From positions 27,959 to 91,958 of IMG/VR virus record IMGVR_UViG_3300022562_001644: a DNA stretch of 64,000 nt; one strand, given 5' to 3'. The first letter of the stretch is position 1, and every line of letters begins with the position of its first letter. This stretch comes from a virus. The notes below the pieces were generated by a model. It saw only the letters and a program-made list of their open reading frames with translations, made no database searches and was not told where the DNA came from. This document shows positions 36,933-46,700 of this stretch, in pieces. The position numbers were made by a program, and so were the translations under genes.

Positions 36933-39125
36933 TCATCGCGCGAACCCTATGGGGGACGCAGCGGAAGGGAGGCGGCCGCCTACATGACTCTGCATAGAGG
37001 GAGTTCTGGCGGCCGATGTCTTCACCCCATGCTCCTCCATCATCTTCAGCCGCCCGAGACCCTCGATGACCTTCTGCAGATGCATCAGAGCTGCTCGGAC
37101 TGCTTCTTCGGGGATGTCCTCCATTCCAAGTCGAGAGGCCAGCAGAAGCTTGGCCAGCATATGACTCACCTCCCAGAGCATCGGTTTTGCCGATGCGAAG
37201 CGAGCAATGTTCTCTTCGTTGATAAAGCCAAGGCTCAGTACCGAGTCAACGCTTTGTGCGTCATCTAGCGCTGCCGCAATCTTGACCAAGTCCTGGATGG
37301 GCGCTTTCAGCGATGCAGCGATCTTGCGAAGATGCTTTTTGTTCGACGCTGTTTTGACTTCCCCTGGCAGGGGCGGGAAGTTCAGGTGGTGGACTTCTAG
37401 GTGAATGTGGCGCTTAGTTCCGTCGAGAACCTCGGCAGTTTTCTCGTGGTCGAGTCCCCAGGATCGAAGCAGAAACTCAGCTTCATGCCTTGGCAGACTG
37501 TTGAAGTCGATGTTCTTGTTGACAGATGCGTACTTTGCCAGTGGTCCGCCACGGAAGATGTATCGTCCGTTAGCCTGGGCTACCTTGATTGGGTTGAGGT
37601 CGAGGTGCTCGAGGGCTACTCGTTTGAAGTCCTCTGGGTTCTCCGAGACGGGACACAGGCGAGGCATTCGGACGAAGAACATCTTCGCTGAAACGATGTA
37701 GTTGTTGCCTGTGCCAACAAGCGGACCAAGGTCACTTCGCTGGCTATCGGTGATGCGAACGATCCCGTCTACGTTTGGAGACAGGATCAGGTTTGCCTGG
37801 TTGCCCTTATAATCAACCACGCCGAGGCTGCGAAGGTTTTTGTAAACGGTGACCGAGGTAACCTGGAACGGTGCGGTGGCCATCACCCTGTCGCCATTGC
37901 GATAGATGAGGGTTCCGATTTTCCCTGTATCAGCCCGATCTGGCTTGAGTCCGGCATCATCGTCGTCGCCGTAGAGCGGGATTCCGGAGATTCGGCCCTG
38001 GATGGAGGCTAGCGCTTTGCCCAAGAACAGCTTGGTAGGCAAGGGTGAGCCGTCGAAGCTCACGACGTTGGGGACGACATAGCCCTTAGCAATTACACCG
38101 TCTCGGTCTCGAACGGCATATCGGCCAAACGATCCAATGGTTGTGACGGTGCGGTCGTCTTGCAGTGGGTCGAAGACCCAGGGGTTCTTGTGCTCTCCCA
38201 GGCTGGCCCCGTAGGAGCCAGACCCGTCGACGCCGTTGCCGGTCGGGCCATCCACATCGGCCCCATAAGGAGTCTTTGGCGGCTCCAGGGTGAAGTGGCC
38301 GTACTGGTCGACGCTATGAAGTGGGTCGTGCTCGTAGTCCCAGAGCTCCGACTTGCGCATATCGAGCCAGTTCAGTAGTCCCTGCCGATCAGTGGTGACC
38401 ATGCCCGGGTCGTAGACCTCGTCGGGTGCGGAGTAAAGTCGATAGGCGTCAGGGCCATCCTTCTTGATCGTAAAAACTCTGGCGGCCCTCTCCTTGTTGA
38501 TGCGCTCCTGCTCGCCAGATCTGGGCTTGTCCTCAGCGGCATATTTCTGAATGACGTCGAAGTTTCCGCGCCTATGGTATCCGGCCAGGAGGGCCGGGTT
38601 TCTTGCAAAGGCTTGCTTGAAGAGAGCCACGTCCTTCTGGTCCAGGGTTCCGCTGATCAAGTCGATCACAGACATCGAAGACGAGTACGAGTACTTTCCT
38701 CCGAGCGGTGGGTTGCGAGCATCCGAGAAAACGTCGTCCGCCATATTGGGGGGCGGCTTTTGCGTTGCCAGCCCAGCTCCGAGACTGTTCTGGTAGAAGA
38801 TTTTGGAGATGTTGTCGTCGCTCAGGGGGTAAAGCTTTCCCTCGCTGAAGAAAAGATCAATGGGGGCGAGGTGCCACGACTTGATGACAATGGGTACACC
38901 AACTTGCCTGCCACTCGACGAATCCTTCGCGATAGCAGTTCCAACGCCGTAACCCTTCTCGTCGTCTACGTCCTGGAAGACCATGGTCACGTCCAGGTCG
39001 AGATCATGCGGAAGTCGCTCAGCGACCATGGCGCTGATTTCTTGCTGCCACTCCCGAACGTTGTCCGAGAGCTTCTTGTACTGGACTCGTCGGAACTGAG
39101 GGTCTTCTGAGAAGAGGTTTTCCAT
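36933..39125 (-). CDS. large processed head/core protein (putative)
   Basis: 730 aa; QKYA, AKYA, VKTA, VKIA sites. Confidence 0.6.
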   Translation of the reverse strand: MENLFSEDPQFRRVQYKKLSDNVREWQQEISAMVAERLPHDLDLDVTMVFQDVDDEKGYGVGTAIAKDSSSGRQVGVPIVIKSWHLAPIDLFFSEGKLYPLSDDNISKIFYQNSLGAGLATQKPPPNMADDVFSDARNPPLGGKYSYSSSMSVIDLISGTLDQKDVALFKQAFARNPALLAGYHRRGNFDVIQKYAAEDKPRSGEQERINKERAARVFTIKKDGPDAYRLYSAPDEVYDPGMVTTDRQGLLNWLDMRKSELWDYEHDPLHSVDQYGHFTLEPPKTPYGADVDGPTGNGVDGSGSYGASLGEHKNPWVFDPLQDDRTVTTIGSFGRYAVRDRDGVIAKGYVVPNVVSFDGSPLPTKLFLGKALASIQGRISGIPLYGDDDDAGLKPDRADTGKIGTLIYRNGDRVMATAPFQVTSVTVYKNLRSLGVVDYKGNQANLILSPNVDGIVRITDSQRSDLGPLVGTGNNYIVSAKMFFVRMPRLCPVSENPEDFKRVALEHLDLNPIKVAQANGRYIFRGGPLAKYASVNKNIDFNSLPRHEAEFLLRSWGLDHEKTAEVLDGTKRHIHLEVHHLNFPPLPGEVKTASNKKHLRKIAASLKAPIQDLVKIAAALDDAQSVDSVLSLGFINEENIARFASAKPMLWEVSHMLAKLLLASRLGMEDIPEEAVRAALMHLQKVIEGLGRLKMMEEHGVKTSAARTPSMQSHVGGRLPSAASPIGFAR

Positions 39126-39133
39126 GTCGTTTC

Positions 39134-39592
39134 CTATTGCAACGGGACGAGCGCCCCGGAGGCGGTTACCTTTACGGAATTGAGTGTAAATGCTGAAATC
39201 GTTGCGGCCAAGCCATCTGCTTGCTGGGTTGAGGTGGCGTCATCTGGCTGGGAGCTGCTGAGGATTCCAGTTGGCACCAGGACCGTAGCCACGGCCGGGT
39301 TTGGAGCGCTTGGAATGTAAGGCACAACCAGGCCAATCCAAAAGGTTGTAAGAGCAACAATGAACAGCGGAATGCCAGCGCCAAGGAGCTGTGGGTTAAA
39401 GGCAGTTGCCAGATCCACGGCAAGCAAAGCTTGCTTCGGTCTAGCTGTAGGTATGCCTGCTGCCACGACATAGTCAGTGTAAGCCTTCGCCCATATCTTG
39501 GCGGCATTCAAAGTGGTTTCCGGTGTCGTCCTGGGATCAAACAGGGGCTCGAACCCTCTAGCAAGTAGAGGCTGCTGTGGACCAAGGGGCAT
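39134..39592 (-). CDS. baseplate/spike-associated protein (putative)
   Basis: Coupled downstream of the spike gene; hydrophobic. Confidence 0.45.
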   Translation of the reverse strand: MPLGPQQPLLARGFEPLFDPRTTPETTLNAAKIWAKAYTDYVVAAGIPTARPKQALLAVDLATAFNPQLLGAGIPLFIVALTTFWIGLVVPYIPSAPNPAVATVLVPTGILSSSQPDDATSTQQADGLAATISAFTLNSVKVTASGALVPLQ

Positions 39593-40563
39593 TATAGGCT
39601 CGGCGGATTCTTCGACAGGTAGATAAAAGTTGAAAGAATCTTACCAGATAGCTGTTTTTGAAGTTGCTCGATCTGAGTCTGGGTGTTTGCCAGGGGCGGG
39701 GTCGAAGGTCCAAACGCCGTTCCGACCGTCAGTGTTTTGAGTATTTGAAACAGCGTGTTGAAAGCGGAAACGAGTTCATTTCCCAGAACTGCTGGCTCAC
39801 CGGCACCGGCCCCTCCCCACCTATATTCCTTGGCCTCGCCGATCCATCTGCCGTCATCGAAGTACGTTTCTCTTGCCTTGACGACAGCAGTTGCGGCTCC
39901 ACCGGCGACGGTGACCTGGGCGAGCTCGAGCCGGCGTTTGGCTCCACCTTCGAGGTTTCCGTGGTCAATTCGTAGTCGGTAGTGGCTGCCGCCGGCCATG
40001 TCCAGGAAGTCGTCTCGGTGAACGGTCTCGGGCTCCGTTTTCCCGACCTCCTGTCGGCCTCGGGTCGAGGAGTGACCGTCTGCGACCACCTTGTAATTCG
40101 ATGAGCGGAGAGTCATTTGATTGTTCTGAGGGTTGCAAACAATGCTTACCCCAGGACCCGCCTCAACAAACAAGGAGCCCCCCCGCTTCAGAACAAGGGC
40201 TGCGCCTCCGGCGGTTCCGTAGACCTTGTCTCCGGGAGAGACACTGGTAGCCGGGCTGGGTATTTTCGGATCTTCATCCTTTGTTTCATCGAACTCAGGA
40301 GGCCGATGGAATCCAACGATAAAGCAGCCAGCCCCATTTGTGCTCATAAGTGCAACACATGGAGACCCGGCTCGAGGCTTGATAACGTCCCCCGCTCCGC
40401 CAATGTCCGAATCTGCACTCAGCAAATGAGCATCATTTATGATGTACCCATCGGTTGAGCAGAACCGGTACACACCCGGCTTCCCCTCCTGCTCTTCACC
40501 GAGGCAGCCGTAGAGGATTTGCCCCTGAGGAGTTCCGTTTCCTCTCCAAAATCTGTCGTTCAC
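39592..40563 (-). CDS. baseplate spike (gp5/gpV-like, putative)
   Basis: OB-like N-terminus (PRAGSPCV..CFIVGF), beta-strand repeats, C-terminal EPAVLG..GPSTPP. Confidence 0.6.
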   Translation of the reverse strand: MNDRFWRGNGTPQGQILYGCLGEEQEGKPGVYRFCSTDGYIINDAHLLSADSDIGGAGDVIKPRAGSPCVALMSTNGAGCFIVGFHRPPEFDETKDEDPKIPSPATSVSPGDKVYGTAGGAALVLKRGGSLFVEAGPGVSIVCNPQNNQMTLRSSNYKVVADGHSSTRGRQEVGKTEPETVHRDDFLDMAGGSHYRLRIDHGNLEGGAKRRLELAQVTVAGGAATAVVKARETYFDDGRWIGEAKEYRWGGAGAGEPAVLGNELVSAFNTLFQILKTLTVGTAFGPSTPPLANTQTQIEQLQKQLSGKILSTFIYLSKNPPSL

Positions 40564-40598
40564 TTCGCCATCTTACATCAGGGCACTCAAAGTTCCTT

Positions 40599-40616
40599 GG
40601 CATAAGACCAATGAAC
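40599..40616 (+). promoter_or_regulatory. putative phage-RNAP promoter
   Basis: GGCATAAG-ACCAA-TGAAC. Confidence 0.7.
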
Positions 40617-40659
40617 CCGCAGAGCAGGTGGTCTGCTCTAAACATAAGGAGATCAAGAA

Positions 40660-41040
40660 ATGGCAGCTTCAGTAAACAAAATGATCCTCGTCGGCAACCT
40701 CGGCAAAACCCCCGAGCTCAAACACACCAACTCAGGAAAGTCCACCTGCACGTTGGCCGTTGCCACGACGGAGACATGGAAGGACTCAGAGGGGAACAAG
40801 CAATCCCACACGGAGTGGACCGATGTTGTCCTCTGGGGCAAGCAGGCCGAGAACGCCTGTAAATATCTCAGCAAGGGGCGCCCGGTTTTCATCGAAGGTC
40901 GAAAGCGAACCCGTGTCTGGGAAGACAAAGATGGTATTAAGCGATATGCCGTCGAGTGCGTCGCGAACGATGTCCAATACCTTGGCAGCAAGGGCGACAG
41001 CAGTGGCGACAGCAGCAAGGATGAAGATGAGTCGTTCTAA
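40660..41040 (+). CDS. ssb: single-stranded DNA-binding protein
   Basis: SVNKMILVGNLGKTPE..TEW..WGKQAE..YLSKGRPVFIEG; acidic tail ending in F. Confidence 0.95.
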   Translation: MAASVNKMILVGNLGKTPELKHTNSGKSTCTLAVATTETWKDSEGNKQSHTEWTDVVLWGKQAENACKYLSKGRPVFIEGRKRTRVWEDKDGIKRYAVECVANDVQYLGSKGDSSGDSSKDEDESF

Positions 41041-41063
41041 GCCCAAGATAGAAGCCACAGTCA

Positions 41064-41573
41064 ATGAGCGCAATAGCAGGAACCATCGCCTTCTTTGTCA
41101 TCGAAGAAGAGGAGCAACGAATACATGACGAACCAGAACCGGAGGCCGGTGACCTGGTATTGAACTCTGGGTCATTCCTCGTCTGTGAAACTGGCGTAAC
41201 AGCCAAGCTGTCCCCGCCGCTTGGCTTTCTGTCGCGTCACTACGAATGGAAATGGGTGCCTCCGGGAATCGGTGCCCTACGGCTAGCAGTACTGGGAGAG
41301 GGGGACACGCCAAGTACCCTCTACCGGTTCATGAACGAGAGGCAGAAAGATCAGCTAGAGATGGAGCTTGGGAAGGTCTACTGGACCTGCGAGGAACACA
41401 AAGATTTCCTCGAGCACAACTCCACGCTGGCCGATGATGTCTCAAGGATATGGGACTGGATGCCAAGCCTGGTATCCAAGTGTCCATATCAGTCAGTCAT
41501 TCACGACATCAACATGGTTCGAGATATGTCGGACCAGGAGCTAGACAGCTACGTGATGGCAAAATTGCTGTAG
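41064..41573 (+). CDS. hypothetical protein
   Basis: 169-aa ORF downstream of ssb. Confidence 0.65.
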   Translation: MSAIAGTIAFFVIEEEEQRIHDEPEPEAGDLVLNSGSFLVCETGVTAKLSPPLGFLSRHYEWKWVPPGIGALRLAVLGEGDTPSTLYRFMNERQKDQLEMELGKVYWTCEEHKDFLEHNSTLADDVSRIWDWMPSLVSKCPYQSVIHDINMVRDMSDQELDSYVMAKLL

Positions 41574-41582
41574 TATCTGCCC

Positions 41583-42104
41583 ATGGCAGATAGACTGTAT
41601 GACTACAGTGCGCTGACAGACGAACAGCGAAAGCATCTGGAGACTCTCGAGACAGAGATTCAACAGGCGCAAAAGAAGATACTGGACGAAGCTCCAGACC
41701 ATCTTCTGCAGCTCGGAGGAATCCTCCGACGCAGCACCGAAACAGAGAGTCTCGAAGAGTTCCGCAGCTACCTCCAGAAACATTCTATTGATATCGCTGG
41801 CGGCGAACGAGAGCTTGCACTGTTTCGTGACCTCCTCATCATCCGACGCATTGATTTGAAAGATCTAGAACCAGAGGCTAGGCAGCGACTCCGCTTCCAC
41901 ACCCTGATTCAGGAGAATCCAAAGAACATGAGCTCGGACTACAGGGCAGCGATCAGCGAGGGAGATATCCCAAACTGTCGTGACTGTAGATGGTTCGTCA
42001 CTCCACCAAATGACGGACAAGAGGGGTCAGACAAGGCTTGCGTTGAGTTTGGGACCAAGGGCGCCGACCAGGCGTGCTACGGGTTCACTAACAAGCTCAA
42101 CTAA
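41583..42104 (+). CDS. hypothetical protein with C-terminal Cys cluster (leaderless)
   Basis: CRDC..C..C; TAGTAT 6 nt before the ATG. Confidence 0.7.
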   Translation: MADRLYDYSALTDEQRKHLETLETEIQQAQKKILDEAPDHLLQLGGILRRSTETESLEEFRSYLQKHSIDIAGGERELALFRDLLIIRRIDLKDLEPEARQRLRFHTLIQENPKNMSSDYRAAISEGDIPNCRDCRWFVTPPNDGQEGSDKACVEFGTKGADQACYGFTNKLN

Positions 42105-42142
42105 AAAGAACACAACAGCTGAGTGTTCTTTGCCGGTACGGG

Positions 42143-42174
42143 GATGTGGCTCCCCCTGTACCGGTTTTTTTAGC
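42143..42174 (+). terminator. intrinsic terminator
   Basis: CCGGTACGGGG...CCCTGTACCGG followed by T7-AGC; preceded by a second hairpin AAAGAACAC/GTGTTCTTT. Confidence 0.85.
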
Positions 42175-42197
42175 CCCATAATCAGTGGTCGTTTTCG

Positions 42198-42215
42198 GGC
42201 ATAAGAATAGTGAAC
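42198..42215 (+). promoter_or_regulatory. putative phage-RNAP promoter
   Basis: GGCATAAG-AATAG-TGAAC. Confidence 0.7.
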
Positions 42216-42234
42216 CCAAAGAAAGGAGTACTTC

Positions 42235-42549
42235 GTGCTCAAAGACACTGTATTCACAGTCTTCCTGAGTGACCTGTCATTCATCGCAAGAACCTTGTGG
42301 AATGGCCACTTGGTCGCCAAGCATAACCAAAGAGTAATGCGCGGCGACCTGTGGCCGCTCTACAAGATTACGTCGAGCGATGGAGATGCTGTCACCTACA
42401 AAAGACTGTGTCCCCAATGCTGCGAACACGACATCAAACTCAATAAAGACTATTTTGAGTTCATGGCCTCGGATAGAGGCAAACGACGGCACGTCGAAAA
42501 GTGCGACAGATGCGGCAAAGCCGCACCCATGAAGAACGCGTCTAAGTGA
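42235..42549 (+). CDS. small Zn-finger protein
   Basis: CPQC..CDRC; AAGGAG SD before the GTG. Confidence 0.65.
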   Translation: MLKDTVFTVFLSDLSFIARTLWNGHLVAKHNQRVMRGDLWPLYKITSSDGDAVTYKRLCPQCCEHDIKLNKDYFEFMASDRGKRRHVEKCDRCGKAAPMKNASK

Positions 42550-42579
42550 CGCCCGAGCTGGCCGGAGCCAGTATGTAGA

Positions 42580-42636
42580 AGCCCGTACTACGTGCGGGTG
42601 GAAAGAGCCCGTACTACGTGCGGGTTCTTTTTTAGC
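42580..42636 (+). repeat. 20-bp direct repeat of a hairpin, forming a terminator
   Basis: AGCCCGTACTACGTGCGGGT at 42580-42599 and 42606-42625, followed by TCTTTTTTAGC. Confidence 0.85.
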
Positions 42637-43735
42637 CTACGGTCGCAATACGGAACCCGCGCTGTGGGTTGTAGAGCGATTCAAGCAAGTCCTTGTGATA
42701 CATGCGATTGCTCGGCGGCTTGGCCTGGCTTCGACCTCGAGCAGTCGCAGACAGCCTGGAGTTCGGTTTGATTGACTTGGGCTTCGGTGGAGTTCTTCCA
42801 CCGATGTGCCAAGCAGCCGCCGCAATGCTTCGAAGGAGGCCCGGAGCCTTCACTTCATTGCCGGGCATCGCTGCAGCCTGCTTTTCCTCACCCTTCTCCC
42901 TGAGCGTCTTCATGAGGTTCTTTGCGACAAGAGTCGCAAGCACCGTTCCAAAAGCTGGGCCAACATAGGTTGCGAAGGCCGGTCCCATCTCCCTGATGAC
43001 CTTTGCGGCCCCAAGGCCCTGGCTACGAGCTCCCTTAATAGCCTTTGCCGTGGCTCTCGCCTCCTCCGCAATTTCAGGGATGTGCGTTGCGCCAGCCAGG
43101 GCCGGGGCGTAATCGTAGGCAAACTGACCGAGGGTCGAAGTGTCCTCGTCTGGCGGCATGATAGTTCGACCAAGAAGCGCATAGCGACTCATGCTTCCAG
43201 GGAGACCCGATGACATAGCTGCAGCTCTCTGGAGGACCTTTCTTGCCGCATGGCTCCCCCTTACCGGAGAAGCGTGCCCGATCTCATGGAACGCCATCGG
43301 AAGAGAGGTGGTGCTGAGCCCGATATGAGATCCAATTTCTGGAACCTCTTGGCCAATGCTCTTGAGGACACGCTTTCGGACACGATCCAGCAAATCCTCG
43401 TCTGCAATGAAGTATGCGTTTCTGGTCGACCGTGCAATCGGATCCAGTCCTGCAACGATCGGAACAGCCACACCGCTCTCTCGGGCAAATCGCTGTATAG
43501 CTTTAACCTCCTTGCGGGAGAATTCGGCAATATCTTGGAGGAGAGTTCCACCCTCGGCTGCGATCGGTTGTCCGCTAGAAAGAGCCTGGGACAGGAAGCT
43601 CGGTGCACCGCCAGTAATATGACCTGTTACACGAGGGATTCCCTCGAAGATCGCAGCAGCAGCAAGAGCTGGAGACACTCCCAGCTTCTTTTTTAGTTCC
43701 TGGTCGATTTCGCGAGTGTCCTCGTCTCTAGACAT
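42632..43735 (-). CDS. membrane-associated HExxH metallopeptidase-like protein
   Basis: FHEIGHA...EEARAT; similar layout to 23197..24807; EKQA site; TAATG-coupled to the RNAP gene. Confidence 0.65.
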   Translation of the reverse strand: MSRDEDTREIDQELKKKLGVSPALAAAAIFEGIPRVTGHITGGAPSFLSQALSSGQPIAAEGGTLLQDIAEFSRKEVKAIQRFARESGVAVPIVAGLDPIARSTRNAYFIADEDLLDRVRKRVLKSIGQEVPEIGSHIGLSTTSLPMAFHEIGHASPVRGSHAARKVLQRAAAMSSGLPGSMSRYALLGRTIMPPDEDTSTLGQFAYDYAPALAGATHIPEIAEEARATAKAIKGARSQGLGAAKVIREMGPAFATYVGPAFGTVLATLVAKNLMKTLREKGEEKQAAAMPGNEVKAPGLLRSIAAAAWHIGGRTPPKPKSIKPNSRLSATARGRSQAKPPSNRMYHKDLLESLYNPQRGFRIATVG

Positions 43736-46700
43736 TAGTAGACCCCTTCACCTTTTTTGCCGATAGGCTCAACGCCAAACTCGGCTCCATAGGCGAAAGC
43801 TGGAATCGGTGCGTACCCGTGAATATCGCTTTCTTGCATTTTGGTGGCTCCCTGGATCAGGGCATCCTTGATCTCACGATACCCCATCTGGCTCATCCAG
43901 TCTTCACGCAACATGGGAACTCGCTCAATTCCAGCCAGGAACGGGGCATCCTCTATGGGCTTAGGACCAACCTCGACACTGCTTTTACCTGAACGCTCCA
44001 GGATAGTCTTCACCCTGTCGTCGATGACATCACCCTTCTTGGCGCCCGCAACATCCTCGAGGAGCTTGTGGCCGAGGGCCTCGCTTAGCGGCATTTTTCC
44101 AAGCGACCTATTGTTGAAGTCCTGCACAACTGTCCAAGGAGCAATGTCACCAGGCAGAAATTCACTGTCCCCCGGGTCAATCACTTTCGTTGTATTGCCA
44201 ACGGCGCGCATCACCGTCTCCACAGCCCTCCTCCTAATCGGAACTCCCTGGCCCTCATAGGCTTCTTGGATTTGCCCGGAGACATAGTCTTGGGCCTCCA
44301 ACATACCCTTCAGCTTGACGAGCTCCTTTGGCTGAACGAGCCCCTTCGACAAAATGTCTCCTTTATTTACCGATGCACCAACCCGGGCTTTCGCGGAATC
44401 CCACATGTCACCTTCGACGAAATGTGGCTTACCTCCGATGTAGACATCTTTTCCACCCTTCTTGTCCTCAACCTTCTCGATCTTTCCAGACTTCTCAGCG
44501 AGCGTTGCCTTGCCACGCTCGATTTTGTGCATGGTGAATAGTTTGTCGATCTTGTCGTAACCAGTTACGACGCCTCGAGTCCCAGAAATACCACCTTGGT
44601 GGAAGGTTCTCATGGTCATCTGAGTCAAGGGCTCAGAGAGAGCCTGCCCAGACACCGCTCCAACGTTGTCTCCGATGGACGGGCTTTGCCCATACTCATT
44701 TAGTCCATAGCACTTTGAGCAAAGACCCTTCGGTTTACTGCATGTAAGCGGAGACCGGACCTTGACTGAGTCAACCCTGCGATCCCGCAGGGTATTCATA
44801 AGTGAAGAAGTGATTGGGTCACCTGCCCTGGCGAGAACGGTGCTTCCGACTTTGATGTCTTTGGCGAGAAAACGGTCTTCGATATCCTGTGGGCGGAAAG
44901 CACCCTTGCTGTCCTTAAGTTTGATGTCCAACCCATTCTCTGTGCCACAGTCAACGTCGGAGATCACCTCAGTAATCGAGGTCGCCATGATGTTCTTGTT
45001 GAAGGCGCCAGGGTTTGCGGTCTGGAGTTGCTTGTCGACGGCGGCTGCTCGAGCTCCGTAGAGGGTGCTCCAGTAGTCTGAGAAGGGTAGTCCCTCCGCA
45101 AACGACTTTGTCACCGGCACGGGAATTGGGTTTCCCTTATGATCATCAACCATGAACGGGGCCGAAACAATTTGCTTGAGCTGGTTCATGTTTCCGCGCG
45201 CGCCAGACTGAACCATTAGGCGGAAGTTGTTGGGTTGCTGATCAAGCCCTTTCTCGACAGCCTTGTCGAGCTCTTCGTTTGCCCTGGCAACAATCTCGGT
45301 CGCCATCTCTCGACCCTTTGGGGTTTTGAGGTTCAGCTTGCCTATGCGAGCTTCTGTCTCTGAGAAGATTCGGTCTTTTCCTGGGATGTTTGGCAGAAGA
45401 TCTTTGATGCCGACGGTGAAGCCAGTCCTGTAGGTGTGCTCGTCACCCATTTCCTTCAGCTTGTCGACCACTTTACCGTGGTCTCGCGGAAGCTCCTCTG
45501 CAATATCCTTCATGAGACCAGCCAGGCCGTTCTTGTCGAGCGTCTTGCCCCCCCACTTCTTTTGAGCCTCGGGCGGAAGCTCTTTCATTATCTTCTTTTG
45601 CCCCTCCGGATCCTTCGATAGCAAGTAAAGGCCAAGGGCCGCCTCGTTCTGGGGCTGAATCATGATTTGCCCGGTGCCTGGATTGTAGAGGTTGTTGGAG
45701 GGGAGCATTTTCTCCGCCTCCCTTACGGCATCTGTGAGCACCGGAACATGGATCGTCATGGCATCGCCATCGAAGTCTGCGTTGAACCCCTTAACAACCA
45801 GCGGGGGGATCTTGACAGCCTTTCCGTCAGTCAGCCTTGGCTTGAATGCCATGATGCTGAACTTGTGAAGTGACGGAGCCCTGTTCAGCATGACTGGTCT
45901 CTCGGACATTTCTGCTTCAAGCATCGAGCGGGCGATTGGAGTCCTGTTCTTCACCTCGTCGCTCGCTTGTACTGGGTTCATTCCAGACTGGCTGGTAAGT
46001 CGCCTGATGACGAATGGTTCGAACAGGCTCCAAGACATCTCTTCTGGAAGACCTACTTCATCAACCCCAAGCTTTGGCTCCGGGATGATCGTTCCGCGGC
46101 CGACCAGGTTTTGCTGCCGTCGAAGAACTTTGTACTGAAAAAAACCTTCCTTGGCCTTCGGACCCTTGAGCTGCTCAACAATGCCCTTTGGTCGACGTGC
46201 TTCCGGATAGAACGCAATCGGTTTCCCGAGGCCAGCCACCGCCTGAACGCCCTCGTAGAGTTTCTGTCGGAGGTCGGCCTTGATCTCGTCGTCTATAAAC
46301 GGGGTTTCGTTCTGCCACTTGAGCTCATTGCTGATCAGGCCGACGTCGCGGTAGAGCGTGTTGATGCCGGGGTTCGATAGCTTGCCGTCTTCGAGCTCAG
46401 CGATTGGGCGGAAAATCGGGGGAAGAACCGGGATCTTTGTCTGTAGGTAAGCCTCCTCGGGGCGTACCTTGAGCTTCTTGAGGGCGCTGAGGTACTTGAG
46501 CTTCTTGTTGGCCTCATCGAGCTTGCTCTCGCTCTTGGCTGTCTTGGCCTTCTCGGTCCACTGCTTGATCTGGTCATCTACGTCAATGTTCCCAAGGATG
46601 ACCTTGAATGCGTTGCCCCCTGTAACGCCCTGGTCGGCAAACTCTCCGGTGTTTGGATCAACGAATAGTTCTCCACGAACTAGGCCCATGTATTGCTGGT

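Noticed and set aside
42580-42625. Possible mini-CRISPR
   Set aside because: Only two copies with a 6-nt spacer, no cas genes, and it runs into a T tract.
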